Positions 1 through 12,719 of a stretch of DNA of 64,000 nucleotides are shown piece after piece. The notes under the pieces were generated by a model. That model was not told the DNA's origin, did not search any database, and saw nothing but the letters and a program-made list of their open reading frames with translations. Position 1 is the first letter of the stretch. The number at the start of each line of letters is the position of its first letter. Source of the stretch: Eledone cirrhosa. Lineage: Eukaryota. The stretch covers positions 171,182,001 through 171,246,000 of the forward strand of contig OZ024740.1 of the NCBI GenBank assembly GCA_964016885.1. The letters run 5' to 3'. A program made the position numbers and the translations under genes.

Positions 1-871
1 TTAATAAAAAAAACAAACACCCACACAAAACAGCACAAAACTATGCACACATATTTGTACTGCCAATTACCCCCTTAGCTAAAACACACCCTCATTTTTC
101 TTGCTACGCCTGACTAATCCTAGAATCAATAAACTATCACAGAATTTCAATTCTTTCACCAGAAAATAGCTCACATTTTATTTTATATCCTACCATCATC
201 TTTCCCAATGCAAAATAAAATTACTGCTAATCACTATATTTCCATTCCTTTGTTTATTCATATAAAAATCTGTTATTTAAACATAATTTCCAACAGATAT
301 AAACCCCGAACCCACATACTCACATACACACACCAATCCAAACTCGCCAACATCTAAAAACCCAAATGGGGAGTAATATGAAAAAAGTGCCCCAAAATGG
401 GGAGAAATTAGGCAAAATGGGGAGATTTTACATAATGAAAGCTATACCCATTTTCACAAGAGGAGACATCTGCCACGCGCCTCAAAGTGGGTGGGAGATC
501 CCCTCGTCGGACGAAGAGAGTTTACAGGTTTCAAATCGGCACAACTAATCAATGGCAAATAACTTTATTGTTAAGTAACGAGAACCCATCCTTGTGTCAA
601 TACAAAAAACTCGAGTCCATCTTCAACTAATAACATAAAACCACAACACAAGCCAGAAATGAACCCAACAAATAAGCAGCCATATAAAGCAACAAAGCTG
701 CCATTTTTCTTTCAGAAAATATGTTTTACACTCTGCTTACACGTATGGATTGTTCATTCAGTTAAGGTTTTAAGTACAATTATATTTTAGACACTCATTT
801 CAATTATCTACCTGTCTATATATCTATCACTTACTCTCCCTCTCTCTCTCTCAAACCTCTCTCACTCTACA

Positions 872-918
<47 letters not shown>

Positions 919-919
919 T

Positions 920-1088
920 ATAGAAATGGCTTCTACAGGACTAGAACTGTTTCATTCGGAAGAAATCATCAGGAAAGACCTTTCTTCCGAATGAAACAGC
1001 TCTAGTCCTGTAGAAGCCATTTATACTCTGCTATGTATTGAGTACCTTACATACTGTGGTTACTCCCGATTGAACCCGGGATAAACAT
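920..1088 (+). mobile_element. PLE-derived mini foldback, family A (inverted arm + direct arm + tail)
   Basis: 42-bp inverted arms 924-965/981-1022 (1 mismatch); CTGATGA on the minus strand in the loop; tail TATTGAGTACC...GGGATAAACA recurs at ~29928-29998 and ~38111-38220; (TA)n on both sides. Confidence 0.7.
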
Positions 1089-1150
1089 ATATATATATAT
1101 GTGTCTGTGTGTGTGTGCTTGTGTGTGTGTTTGTGTGTGTGTGTGTGTGC

Positions 1151-1236
<86 letters not shown>

Positions 1237-1326
1237 ATATGCAAAACGTAAACAGAAAAAAAAAGCAAACAACATAGAACGTTGAAGAGATATATTAGTT
1301 GAGCACTCAAAATAACAGGAAAAGAG

Positions 1327-1362
1327 TCTTGAGGTTTCGGACACTAGTCCTTCATCAGAAAA
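1327..1362 (-). ncRNA. Minimal type I hammerhead-like motif, family G (PLE pLTR type)
   Basis: Minus strand reads TTTT-CTGATGA-A-GGAC(TAGT)GTCC-GAAAC-CTC-AAGA; related copies at 49901-49936 (-), 50814-50846 (+, decayed), half copy ~54206-54220. Confidence 0.65.
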
Positions 1363-1550
1363 TAGAATTAAAAATAAAAGTTAACATAGAAAGATAAAGA
1401 GAAAGAAGGAACGGAGAAAAAATGAGAAATAAAACACTTATGTATTCATGTATATGCGCGCGTGTGTGTGTGTATGTGTATGTATTTATATATACATACA
1501 TATATCTATATATATATACGTATATATATATATATATATATACATACATA

Positions 1551-1590
<40 letters not shown>

Positions 1591-1593
<3 letters not shown>

Positions 1594-1689
1594 GTGGAAC
1601 ACTGGAAGGTAATATCCGTAGTGGTAGAGCACTCAGTCCAAGGGACGAGTTAGGTAGAAGTGATTACACAACTGTTGTGTAACCACTTC

Positions 1690-1692
<3 letters not shown>
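1591..1692 (-). mobile_element. Mini foldback insertion in (TA)n, family D
   Basis: 19-bp arms 1654-1672/1674-1692 (1 mismatch, 1-nt loop) plus ~63-nt tail with CTGAGTGCTCT on the minus strand; (TA)n both sides. Confidence 0.6.
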
Positions 1693-2223
<531 letters not shown>

Positions 2224-2705
2224 GTATTTATATATAAGTGTGTATGTGTATGTATGAGAGTGGGAGGGGGAGAGAGATTAGAAATGGAAGAAGAAACAAA
2301 GAGATAAAGAGAGAAGATGTAAGATTGAAATAGTGAGTGAGAGAGAGGGAGAGAGACAGAGAGACGGGGGTACAGCGGTGTATGCGGTATGCGGTAAGTG
2401 GTATATACACATGTGTGGGTATGTTTGTGTTTTGTGTAGACAAACAGAATTAACGACCAACCATTCCGCTATAAAATGTCATACAATCTCAAATTAAAAG
2501 ACATCTTGAGACGTAAACTCAATTATGTAACTGTATCGTACCTATAAATCACATGATATAATTTGTTGCTGAAATTATATTGATAACACATAGATTTGTA
2601 AATGGCTGCGTGCATACGTATACATACATACTCACATATACACCCATACACACACACATGTATATATACAACTACATACATATATATATATAAATATATT
2701 ATATA

Positions 2706-2760
<55 letters not shown>

Positions 2761-2763
2761 AGC

Positions 2764-2805
<42 letters not shown>

Positions 2806-2858
2806 ACATACATACAGCGATAGATAGTCAGGTATATGTGCGTGTGTATGTATATCTA

Positions 2859-2859
<1 letters not shown>

Positions 2860-2894
<35 letters not shown>

Positions 2895-2984
2895 TATGTA
2901 TATATATATATATATATATATACATATATATGTATATATATACATATATATGTATATATATATATATATATATACATATATATG

Positions 2985-3063
<79 letters not shown>

Positions 3064-3064
3064 G

Positions 3065-3098
<34 letters not shown>

Positions 3099-3126
3099 CA
3101 TGTATATGTATATATATATATACATG

Positions 3127-3178
<52 letters not shown>

Positions 3179-3210
3179 AGATAGATAGATACGTTTGTGT
3201 CTCTCTCTGA

Positions 3211-3305
<95 letters not shown>
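2860..3305. repeat. (TA)n and (GA)n microsatellites
   Basis: Direct reading. Confidence 0.95.
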
Positions 3306-3309
<4 letters not shown>

Positions 3310-3454
3310 AGAAGAGAAATGAGAGAAAGAATGCGGGAATGGCAGAAAGATATGTAATAGACATATAGCCAGACGAATGCATATGTAACTAGCTATATAA
3401 TAAATGTGCAGATCTCTGGCGTTCTAGATATATATCGTCCTTCTTATTTGTCCT

Positions 3455-3492
<38 letters not shown>

Positions 3493-3524
3493 TCTCTCTC
3501 CCCCCCCCTCTCTCTCTCCATCTT

Positions 3525-3562
<38 letters not shown>

Positions 3563-3789
3563 ACAACTATCGCATCGTTTTTATATCCTAAAAAGTTGCT
3601 TAAATGAGTTGTAGAGGGAGATTTTCTTTCCTAATTATCAGTAATAACCACAGTTTATTGGACTTTGTCAACTCAATTTATTATATACGTGGGATTCTGT
3701 CGCATATATATATATATGCGTATCTCTCTCTCCCGTGCTCTTAATATATATATTTATATATATATATTTATTTATTTATATATCCCACA

Positions 3790-5100
3790 CATATATATAT
3801 AGTAGCGAAAATGAAATCGACGCAAAATCAGTCCATTACGGATGGATGTACTCTTGATGCTATCCAGGAGTTTGAAGTATCTATAATTTTTATCAGTAAA
3901 AGAACATTTACATAAGTTTTTTCTAATAGATATACTGTCCACTAGAAAAGATACTATAAAGCTTTGAATTAGCAAACCCGTCTTTAGATATTTTCTGCTG
4001 CATTAATACTGGATGGTAAGAGTTAAAGGATTCTTGTTGGTAGTATACACTGAAAATTAGTATTACACTTTATTTCATCGGCCTGAGAACATATGTTGTG
4101 CTAATAATGATGTAAACTATGTTTCCTTTAAGATTTATTTGAACTTCATCCAGATTTGATGATAACAAGGCCCATTGTCTCACAGAATAACAGCTTTAGC
4201 TAGCTATTATTCTGTATACAAAAGTTATAAATAACTTTACAAAAACAGTTTGTGTACCAGTTCAAGAACAATTCCTGTGTAACCTCCGCCTCATTTTAGA
4301 CTTCTCATAGGCTGGCTATTGTAACTTGTTCAACCCATTTAATGCACGTTATGTTTCCGAGTGGTAAACAAACATTGACCTTAATTTCAAAATTCCTGAA
4401 ACATTAGCACCAAATAGAAGAAGCAGTCTATCATTGGCAGCTTTAAACCCTAGAGCAGACTTTTCGTCTAAAGCAATAAAAGTTTTTCAAGACATTGTCT
4501 TCCAATATAACTTCGTCTCGTCTCCATTAAAAATAAGATCCCCAAGATTTTCACCAATTTGCACAATGGTTTGGAATTTTGCAGAAAATACTGTAGTTGC
4601 TTTGATATTCTTACCAGTTACCTTAACATTCCAACACTTATCGTTGCCTATAAATGTTTTATTCCTCTCCCCCGTCTTTCGTCTTCTGTTCATCAAAAGT
4701 ACACTTTGTCTTATCACACATGACAGCTTAAATCAATGGAATGTTGTGGGGTTTTTTGTTTGTTTTCATTTATCTTTTTCTACTTCTAGTCTGCCACTCA
4801 CAATGTTAACGGCCTCCCCGTTTATTTCACTTATTTGCCACGATAATTCTTTTGCATCGCATTTATTCTGTTTTCTCTTCATTCTTTATAATCGTAGTTA
4901 CAGTTAACTGAACCAAATTCATAGCCCTACAAACACTGGGCCAACCATGACCCCTTTCCGTTCAGTGAATGACTTCTATTTTATCTTATAAAATTATGGC
5001 TTGGACTGATTTCTTGTCGACTTGAGCTGTTGGATTTACTAATTTCCTCTCATCTGACCTAGCTGTTTTATGTTCTATTTTTACACAATAATTTCACTCT
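3790..5100 (-). pseudogene. Decayed pogo/Tigger-type DDE transposase
   Basis: Minus-strand fragments IFNGDETKLYWK (first catalytic D), VIL*DNG and NTTYVLRPMK*SVI match the pogo DDE_1 motifs DETGL, LLLDN and NTTSxLQPMDQ; many stops; no TIRs found. Confidence 0.65.
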
Positions 5101-5519
5101 AAATTAGTAAAGTACCGTGTTAACAGCAAGCACTTTAGTAAGAAAGCATTGCTTATAATCACTAATAAATCACAAAATATCACTGGAATTTACTTAATAC
5201 CACTTCTAATTAGTAAATGAATAATTATCCTTCTACTTATTTGTGTGAATAAGATAATATGTGAATATTTCAACAAGGGCGTCGTGTAAACAAAACGAAA
5301 AGATCACGTTTGTAAATGGTCACCTTCACTTTCGCAGCTTTGTACCGACGACGCAGTTATGAAAATATGAATGACTTGGACAAATTTTAAACAGGGATTA
5401 TTATCATTCAGCATAAATCGACCTGGCGTAAAAATCATAAAACACGCATACACAAGTATATAAATGTAAATATATAAACAGCTGTGCGTATATACTTATA
5501 TATATATATATATATATAT

Positions 5520-5733
5520 CGTTTCTGAATTTGTTTAGCAAGATTCTTTATCTGAAAACGTGTGTTGAAACCGATATTGTTATGCTTTGGGAGGGTCATG
5601 TTGCCAATAAGAAACACACGCAGCAGTTGCTTTCACTTCAATTTATTATAAATTAAATTTATTATAAATTAAATTGAAGTGAAAGCAACTGGTGCGTGTG
5701 TTTCTTATTGGCAACATGGCCCTCCCAAAGCAT

Positions 5734-5741
<8 letters not shown>
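5520..5741. mobile_element. Foldback insertion in (TA)n, family C
   Basis: ~72-bp near-perfect inverted arms 5574-5645/5670-5741 with a duplicated AT-rich loop; ~54-nt unpaired tail on the left; (TA)n both sides. Confidence 0.65.
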
Positions 5742-5769
<28 letters not shown>

Positions 5770-7028
5770 CAGGGGTTGGACAAAATAATTGAAACACCTT
5801 AAAATTTCAAACAAATTTATTTTAATATAGGGTAGGACCACCTTTGGCAGTAATTACAGCTTGAATTCTACGAGGTATGGACTCATACAAAGTTTGAATT
5901 GTTTACAAAAGAACTTTTGTCCATTCTTCAGCTAAAACAGTCTCCAGTTCTTGTAGTGATGATGGTGGAGGATATCGACTCCTTACTTGTTTTTCTAAAA
6001 TGCACCATAAATGTTCAATAATATTGAGATCCGGGGACTGTGGTGGCCAGATAAGATGTTCAACTTCACTAGAATGCTCCTCGCGCCATTCAGTAACAAC
6101 TTTAACTGTGTGAATTGGTGCATTATCATCCTGAAAGATTGCGTTTCCCTCCGGAAACAGTTCCGCAACCATAGGATGAATTTGATCAGATAAAATGCTT
6201 AAATAGTCCTGACTATTAATTCTGCCATGAAGGGAAACCATTGGGCCGGCGGATTTCCAAGATATAGCCTCCCAGATCATCACAGATCCTCCTCCATGTT
6301 TAACAGTTGGAAGAAGGCAGTCTGGGTCAAATGCTTCTTTTGGCTGTCTCCACACGTATACTCGGCTGGTGGTCGGAAATAAGGTAAAAGATGACTCCTC
6401 CGAGAAAATAACATTCTTCCACTGCTCTAGGGACCAATTCTGTAGGTTTTTACTCCACTCAAAACGCTTTGCAACGTTTGTTTTTGAAAATAGTGGTTTT
6501 CTGATTGCAGCCCTCCCGTGAAATCCGGCTTTGTGCAACTCCCGGCGAACAGTTTTTGTGGAAACTGGGTTCTCGAGGTGGGCATTAAGCTCTGCAGTAA
6601 TTTTGGGAGCTGTACTTTTGTGATCCTTTCTAACAATTCGCGTAAGAGTCCGACGGTCCCTATCTGAAAGTTTTTGTTTTCTTCCGGAGTTTTGTTTCGA
6701 CGACGAGGTTTTTCCCTCTTTCTCAAAGGCTGCCATTACTTTCCAGACAGTACTTCTTGATACACCAAACATTTCGGCTGTTTTCGTTACGCTAGCGCCT
6801 GCCACACGAGCACCAACAATTTGACTTCTTTGAAAGTCCGATAGATCTGTCATTTTAATGAATTTTAATTACCTTTTTCTGATGATATCTGAAAAGAAAC
6901 AGCAATTTTAACAAAAAAATATTAAGCAACACTAATAATAAATAAAAAAACATAAAAATAAACAAGCGGTTTTATAGATATTTCAAAATTATGATGCTAG
7001 GTGTTTCCATTATTTTGTCCAACCCTTG
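5770..7028 (-). mobile_element. Full-length Tc1-family DNA transposon
   Basis: ~30-bp TIRs CAGGGGTTGGACAAAATAATTGAAACACCT / AGGTGTTTCCATTATTTTGTCCAACCCTTG; TA on both sides; internal transposase. Confidence 0.95.
5822..6853 (-). pseudogene. Tc1 DD34E transposase, inactivated
   Basis: HTH plus SGRK, FSEES (first D changed to E), FQDDNAPIH, SPDLNIIE; premature TAA at 5903-5905 is followed in frame by TIQTLYESIPRRIQAVITAKSGPTLY*. Confidence 0.92.
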
Positions 7029-7190
7029 TATATATATGTAGTATGCATGTATGTATGTATGTATGTATGTATGTATGTATGTATATATATATATACAAGT
7101 TGTCACAAAAAAAATGTATACATAAAATTCTTTAAAAGATGCATTAAAATAAATTCTGTTTTATATGTATTATTTAAATTAAGTAATACA

Positions 7191-7378
7191 GGGCGGTGGA
7201 TTGGCAGTATCGGTAGAGGGTCGGACGCCATGCTTTGCAGCAAAGAGTTACGGCCCTTTATGGTCTGAGTTCAAATCTCGCCGAGGTTAACTTTGCCTTT
7301 CATCCTTACGGGGTCGATAAAATAAAGTACCAGTAATGCCCTGGGATAATTGCTGGCCTTGTGCCAAAGGTAGAAACA
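7191..7378 (+). mobile_element. tRNA-derived SINE, dominant family (S1)
   Basis: A box TGGCAGTATCGG, B box GAGTTCAAATC, core TTTGCCTTTCATCCTTACGGGGTCGATAAAATAAAGTACCAG; 15-bp TSD ATTATTTAAATTAAG at 7169-7183/7379-7393. Confidence 0.92.
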
Positions 7379-7498
7379 ATTATTTAAATTAAGAAAACAT
7401 TTTTGGGTGTTTACATACAATTGAATTATGTCTGTAGATCATTTTATTTTGGGGAAATGCTGTGCATTCTAATAAATATTGCCTGTACAGGTAATCAA

Positions 7499-7550
<52 letters not shown>

Positions 7551-8094
7551 TTCGCCTTTCACCTGTCTATATATTTACATTTGTCCATACATACATCGAT
7601 AGCTATAAATCTATAGATATACTTGAATATTGAATATTATTAAACTCTTTTTCTTTCGCTCTTTTATTATAGCTTAGATATAATACACTTCAATTCTGAT
7701 AGTGGAGATTATCCCATGGAGATAACGTAATCCTGTAAACAAGAATGAAAGAAGCAATGTTTTTAATCACAAAGGAAGTATTATGAAATCAAACATATTT
7801 TTTTATGAAAAAGGAAACAAATATTTGTAAGTTTTTTTGCTTGTTTTTTATTGTTAGTGAGATATGTATTTGTCCACGACAACAAAATTAAGTTGACTAT
7901 TTGTTTATTTTATTCAATGTAACTACATTCACCTTCTTATCACGTATTTTTAAATACAACGTATCTACATATTTTAAGTCTTAAATGATAACATGTCAGG
8001 AAATAAATGCAAAATGATCACAGTTTGAACACAGAATTTGGTTTGCTACGTCTGTGTTCAACGTCTACACAAACAAGTAAAATTATTATAAATA

Positions 8095-8878
8095 CTAGCA
8101 GAAAAACCACCCTTCGGTGGTTTTCTGCTAGCATGTGTAGTGTACATATTGATATTATACGCAAGTATATATATGCATATAGATATGATACGTCAAATAA
8201 AATCGAAATTGACTATAAGCACAGAAATTGAACGAAGTCTGTGTTACACTCTCTTCTGTAACCAGTAAAGTAATCCATGATACATTAAAAAAAGACAATA
8301 TTATATATAAACTGCAAATATGATAAACTAAAATGCTATGAAAAAGGAGAAAATTAGCGACGGAAATATAAACCTTATATAACGATGCGAATATATGAAC
8401 GTTTATATAAGCGATGTGATGAGTGCTAGTTATGATATAAGGGACGCTAACCGGAAGTATTGGCATTTGAAAATTTTAAAGAAGTGAATGTTGAAATAAG
8501 CAATACTTTATATATAAGAATATTTATGTTTAATGAAGACCTACGAAATTTAGTAAATAAATTACATAATATTCATTCATTATTTATTCAAAGTATAATT
8601 GTGAATTGGCAGTATCGGTAGAGGGTTGGACGCCATGCTTTCTAGCATAGTTACGTCCCTTTACAGTCTGAGTTCAAATCCCGCCGAGGTTAACTTTGCC
8701 TTTCATCCTTACGGGGTCGATAAAATAAAGTACCAGTAATGTACTGGGTAATTGCTGGCCTTGTGCCTAAAGTAGAAACAATTATTTATTCAAAGTAATC
8801 CAACTTATTTTACTAACGGGATAAAAAAATATATAAAACGGACGCTGTCCAACATTCCTCCCTTTACTATATTATAGA
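8095..8878 (-). mobile_element. Non-autonomous Helitron carrying an S1 SINE
   Basis: Minus strand begins A|TCTATAATATAGTAAA and ends with a GC hairpin then CTAG|T; no TSD. Confidence 0.75.
8596..8780 (+). mobile_element. S1 SINE
   Basis: Near full length; 17-bp TSD ATTATTTATTCAAAGTA at 8579-8595/8781-8797. Confidence 0.92.
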
Positions 8879-9243
8879 TGAACAGATCTTCTCGATTCGT
8901 GATTCTGTATAATATACTATATTTAAAAAGTATATTAGAACCGTAATTGAAGGATATTCTGCTTGCTAGCTAAAGTGTTAATAGATCATGTTTTGTTTCT
9001 GATGTTGACCAACCATTGACCAGTTAACTATCACAGAATCAGTATATCCAGCTGATTAGAAATACCTCAGGGTGTAATGAGCGGTAATGGTGTATAATAA
9101 ATTATTGTTTCATAATTTTGTGATGTTCAATTCAAGAGATCTTGAAATCGGTCGGCTCCCTTGAAGAAGAATCTTTCTGATATAAATTTCCTCAATTAAG
9201 AAAGCATATAGGCTTAACGACCGCACAGGTGCAGAACCAGACA

Positions 9244-9450
9244 TTTGGCTCACTGGTAACACCTAGTAATAACCATTGACTCATTGGCAGCCACTAGTAA
9301 TAACTATTGGCTCACTTGTAACACCTGGTAGTAATCATTAGTTTCCTGATAACAACCAGCAATAACCATTAGTTACGTGGTACTACTTGGCTCATAGGTA
9401 ACACCTAGTAAAAGACTGGTAATAACCAGTGGTTCGTGGAAATAACCATT
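9244..9450. repeat. Decayed ~31-bp minisatellite
   Basis: About 6 units of TTGGCTCACTGGTAACACCTAGTAATAACCA. Confidence 0.75.
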
Positions 9451-9660
9451 ATAAGCATTTCACTGTATCGTTTATATAACATATTTCATTTTACTTCCAA
9501 CGATAGAGATTAGGTAAATGATATTCATGGTGAAGTTACTAGCATTAATTTAACTAGCAGAAAAAAGCCTTTCGGGCGGTTTTCTGCTGTGTGCATATTG
9601 GTATTATACGCAAATATATATGTATATAGATATATGTAAATTGAAAAGTAAATTGACAAT

Positions 9661-10310
9661 ATCTTCTTCTTCGCCCACTTATTTCTGAGAGGGTCGTGGG
9701 AGCACAGTCCTTCTCAAACACTCCTTCCAGCGAGTCTGTCAGTAGCAAACATCTCTAACTGATCCAGCTGGATCCCAAAGCGTGACCAGCCAAGCTCATG
9801 GATGTTATCCAACTATCTTGCTCAGGGTCTACCTCTGGGTCTCTTGCCAGTTGGTTTTGCCTGTAAAATGTGTCCAGCGATTCTTTACTTAGACATTCTA
9901 ACCACATGCTCATAATATCGGAGTTGTGATCTCTCAATTCGGAGAAGTAGTGGCTCTACCAGGAGTGACTCTCTGGTCTCTGAGTTATGCACTTTATCGA
10001 GTAACGTTACTCCAAAGACCCTTCGGAGGAATCCCATTTCTGCCACTTTTAGTTGCAATTGTATTCTTTTGGTCATTACCCAACATTCATGATCCTCGGT
10101 AAGAGTTGGCAGGAATACCAGGAAGACAGCCAGTTTGGATTTTAAACCTACCCCACTTCATCTGATTGCTGAATGCTGAGGCTGGCGCATTACTGCATCA
10201 GCTTTTGCAATTCTTACACTTAATTCAGCCTCCTGCATTCCATCACTCATGTACACGGCTCCAAGATACTTTAATTTCTCTAACTGCTTCAGTAGAACTC
10301 CATTCACATG
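9661..10310 (-). mobile_element. RTE-clade LINE 3' fragment
   Basis: LKVAEMGFLRRVFGVTLLDKVHNSETRESLLVEPLLLRIERSQLRY, typical of the RTE/Expander C-terminus; (GAA)n tail at ~9662. Confidence 0.85.
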
Positions 10311-10555
10311 TATATAAATTTGAGGGACATCTGTCTACCCGTCCGTCACAAAATGTGTGTGTGTGTGTGTTTGTGTGAATGTATGTGTGTATAAAAGGAA
10401 GGAAAGGGATACACACATATATGTCTCTAACTTAAAAAACAGTGACACACACACACGTGTCTCTAATTTAAGAACGCCAACAAACTCACGCGAGCACACA
10501 TACACACACTATCCTATTACCACTTAAGAGCTTTGGCCCAGGTAAACATCCCCTC

Positions 10556-11597
10556 AATTTTGGAACCATCTGGGTTGTCCTGGATTGATGGGAAAGACCT
10601 GACGGTCTTACTCTGTGCACCTGGTCAAGAGGCAGGGGCCTTACCTGGGACGTCACAGTTAGTGACTCTTTTGCTTCTTCCCACATCCTGGATACAGAGG
10701 TAAGGGCGAGAGATACAGCATCCCTAGCTGAACGGAACAAAATCCTAAAATACCGTGTTCTGTCAGCTAACTACATTATGCAGCCTGTGGCGTTCGAGAC
10801 GTTTGGGGGAGTCGGGCTACTGACAGCGAGGTTCTTATCTTCACTGGCGGCTCGCCAAACAGAGGTAACTGGTGATGCTCTGAAGGCACTTGGTTGTTCC
10901 AGCTCCTCAGCGTCGCCATCACCCCAGGTAACGCTGCGAGCGTGCTGGCCTGCCTCAAAAATTATTAGAGAGGCTTCCCAGTGCTTCTCGCTATATTGCT
11001 ATCTTTTGCTCTGATAGCGGTTCGTTTTCCCACTTTTTCGTCTGCATTTTGTTCTATGTGGTCTAAGATGTGTGTATTAGGTGCTTGTGTATTTTTTCTC
11101 TTTCTTTTTTTCCTTTCCCTTTCCTTTGTATATATTATATTGTATTGGCAGTGTCGGTAGAGGGTCGGACGCCATGCTTTCCAGCATAGTTACGTCCCTT
11201 TACGGTCTGAGTTCAAATCCCGTCTAGGTTAACTTTGCCTTTCATCCTTATGGGGTCGATAAAATAAAGTACCAGTAATACACTGGGATAATTGCTGGCC
11301 TTGTGCCAAAAGTAGAAACAATTATTAAAAGGGTGGTGGATTGGCAGTATCGGTAGAGGGTCGGATGCCATGCATTGCAGCATAGAGTTACGGCCCTTTA
11401 CAATCTGAGTTCAAATCCCACCGAGGTTAACTTTGCCTTTCATCCTTACGGGCTCGATAAAATAAAGTACCAGTAATACACTGTATTAATTTCTGGCCTT
11501 GTGCCAAAAGTAGAAACAATTATATTTGTTAGTGTTTTCGTTCTGTAACCATTATATTAAATGTGTTTTTAAAAAAAGAGTTAATAAATAAATAAAA
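10556..11597 (+). mobile_element. CRE-clade non-LTR retrotransposon 3' fragment (RLE domain) with two S1 SINEs inside
   Basis: LEPSGL..DGK/RPDGLTLCTWSRGRGLTWDVTV...PVAFETFGG is the CRE-type restriction-like endonuclease; A-rich end near 11580-11597. Confidence 0.75.
11143..11520 (+). mobile_element. Two tandem S1 SINEs (11143-11322, 11331-11520)
   Basis: Both match the 7191 copy. Confidence 0.92.
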
Positions 11598-11649
11598 TGT
11601 TATACTTGTTTTACCCTCCCATTTCCAATTCACCGAACGCTATCATGAC

Positions 11650-11925
11650 TGTATGTGTGTTTGTGTAAATGTATATGTGTGAATGTATGTATATTTGTGT
11701 GAAAGTATGTGTGAATGTATGTATGTTTGTGTGAAAGTATGTGTGAATGTATGTATGTTTGTGTGAAAAAATGTGTGAATGTATGTATATTTGTGTGAAA
11801 GTATGTGTGAATGTATGTATATTTGTGTGAATGTATGTATATTTGTGTGAAAGTATGTGTGAATGTATGTATATTTGTGTGAATGTATGTATATTTGTGT
11901 GAATGTATGTGTATTTGTGTGAATT
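11650..11925. repeat. Minisatellite built on GTGTGAATGTATGTATATTT
   Basis: Direct reading. Confidence 0.85.
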
Positions 11926-12084
11926 ATGTCCGTGAGAGTGTATTTTTATAAGTTTGTGTTTGCGCAATTATAGTTATATACTCATAATAGTTATATACTC
12001 ATACATATAGATGTATGTATGTGCACATACACGTACACATTGAGTAGATAAATTATGTAATATTCATTCATTATTTATTCAAAG

Positions 12085-12179
12085 AGGTTAACTTTGCCTT
12101 TCATCCTTACGGGGTCGATAAAATAAAGTACCAGTAATGTATTGGGTAATTTGCTGGCCTTGTGCTAAAAGTAGAAACA
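12085..12179 (+). mobile_element. 5'-truncated S1 SINE
   Basis: Starts at GAGGTTAAC; TSD ATTATTTATTCAAAG. Confidence 0.88.
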
Positions 12180-12654
12180 ATTATTTATTCAAAGTAATCC
12201 AACTTATTTTACAAACGGGATAAAAAAAAATAAACCGTACGCAATCCCGCAGACCTTCCTTTATTATAGTTTTGATGCGTTACCCAAGGTTAAAGCTCCT
12301 TCCCCTCTGTCTCTGTCTCTCTTTTCTCTCTCTCTCCTCTCTTCTCACCCTCTCTCTTCTCACCCTCTCTCTTCTCCCCGTCTCTTTTACCCCTTCTCTT
12401 CTCCCCTCTCTCTTTCTCTCACTCTCTCTCTCTTCTCTGTCGTTTTTTTCTTTCATCTTCTCAATGTCAAGGAGCCCATAATGAAACATTGACCTTGTGA
12501 AATATTAACATAACGATTTCTAATCATTTTGTTTTTTATTTATTTTGTTTTATCAAAATAAAGATTTCGAACACTAATTACAACTATCGACGCTAAGTTG
12601 AAGAAATAAAAGGTAATATTAATTCCAATAGATTCGAACAAGAGAAGATACTGC

Positions 12655-12719
<65 letters not shown>

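Larger units (their letters stand above)
9554..12275 (-). mobile_element. Second copy of the same Helitron family, broken by nested RTE, CRE and SINE insertions
   Basis: 9554-9640 matches 8095-8185 (hairpin + CTAG end); ~12045-12275 matches ~8555-8878 (5' end); joining the two ends into one copy is inference. Confidence 0.6.

Noticed and set aside
360-535. 60-aa ORF / DNA transposon end with repeated AAATGGGGAG
   Set aside because: No partner TIR, TSD or domain visible in the window
5545-5580. Hammerhead CTGAAAA...GAAAC on the plus strand
   Set aside because: Core G missing, no stem I, and wrong orientation for the foldback tail
9244-9450. CRISPR-like array
   Set aside because: No spacers, no cas genes, eukaryotic context
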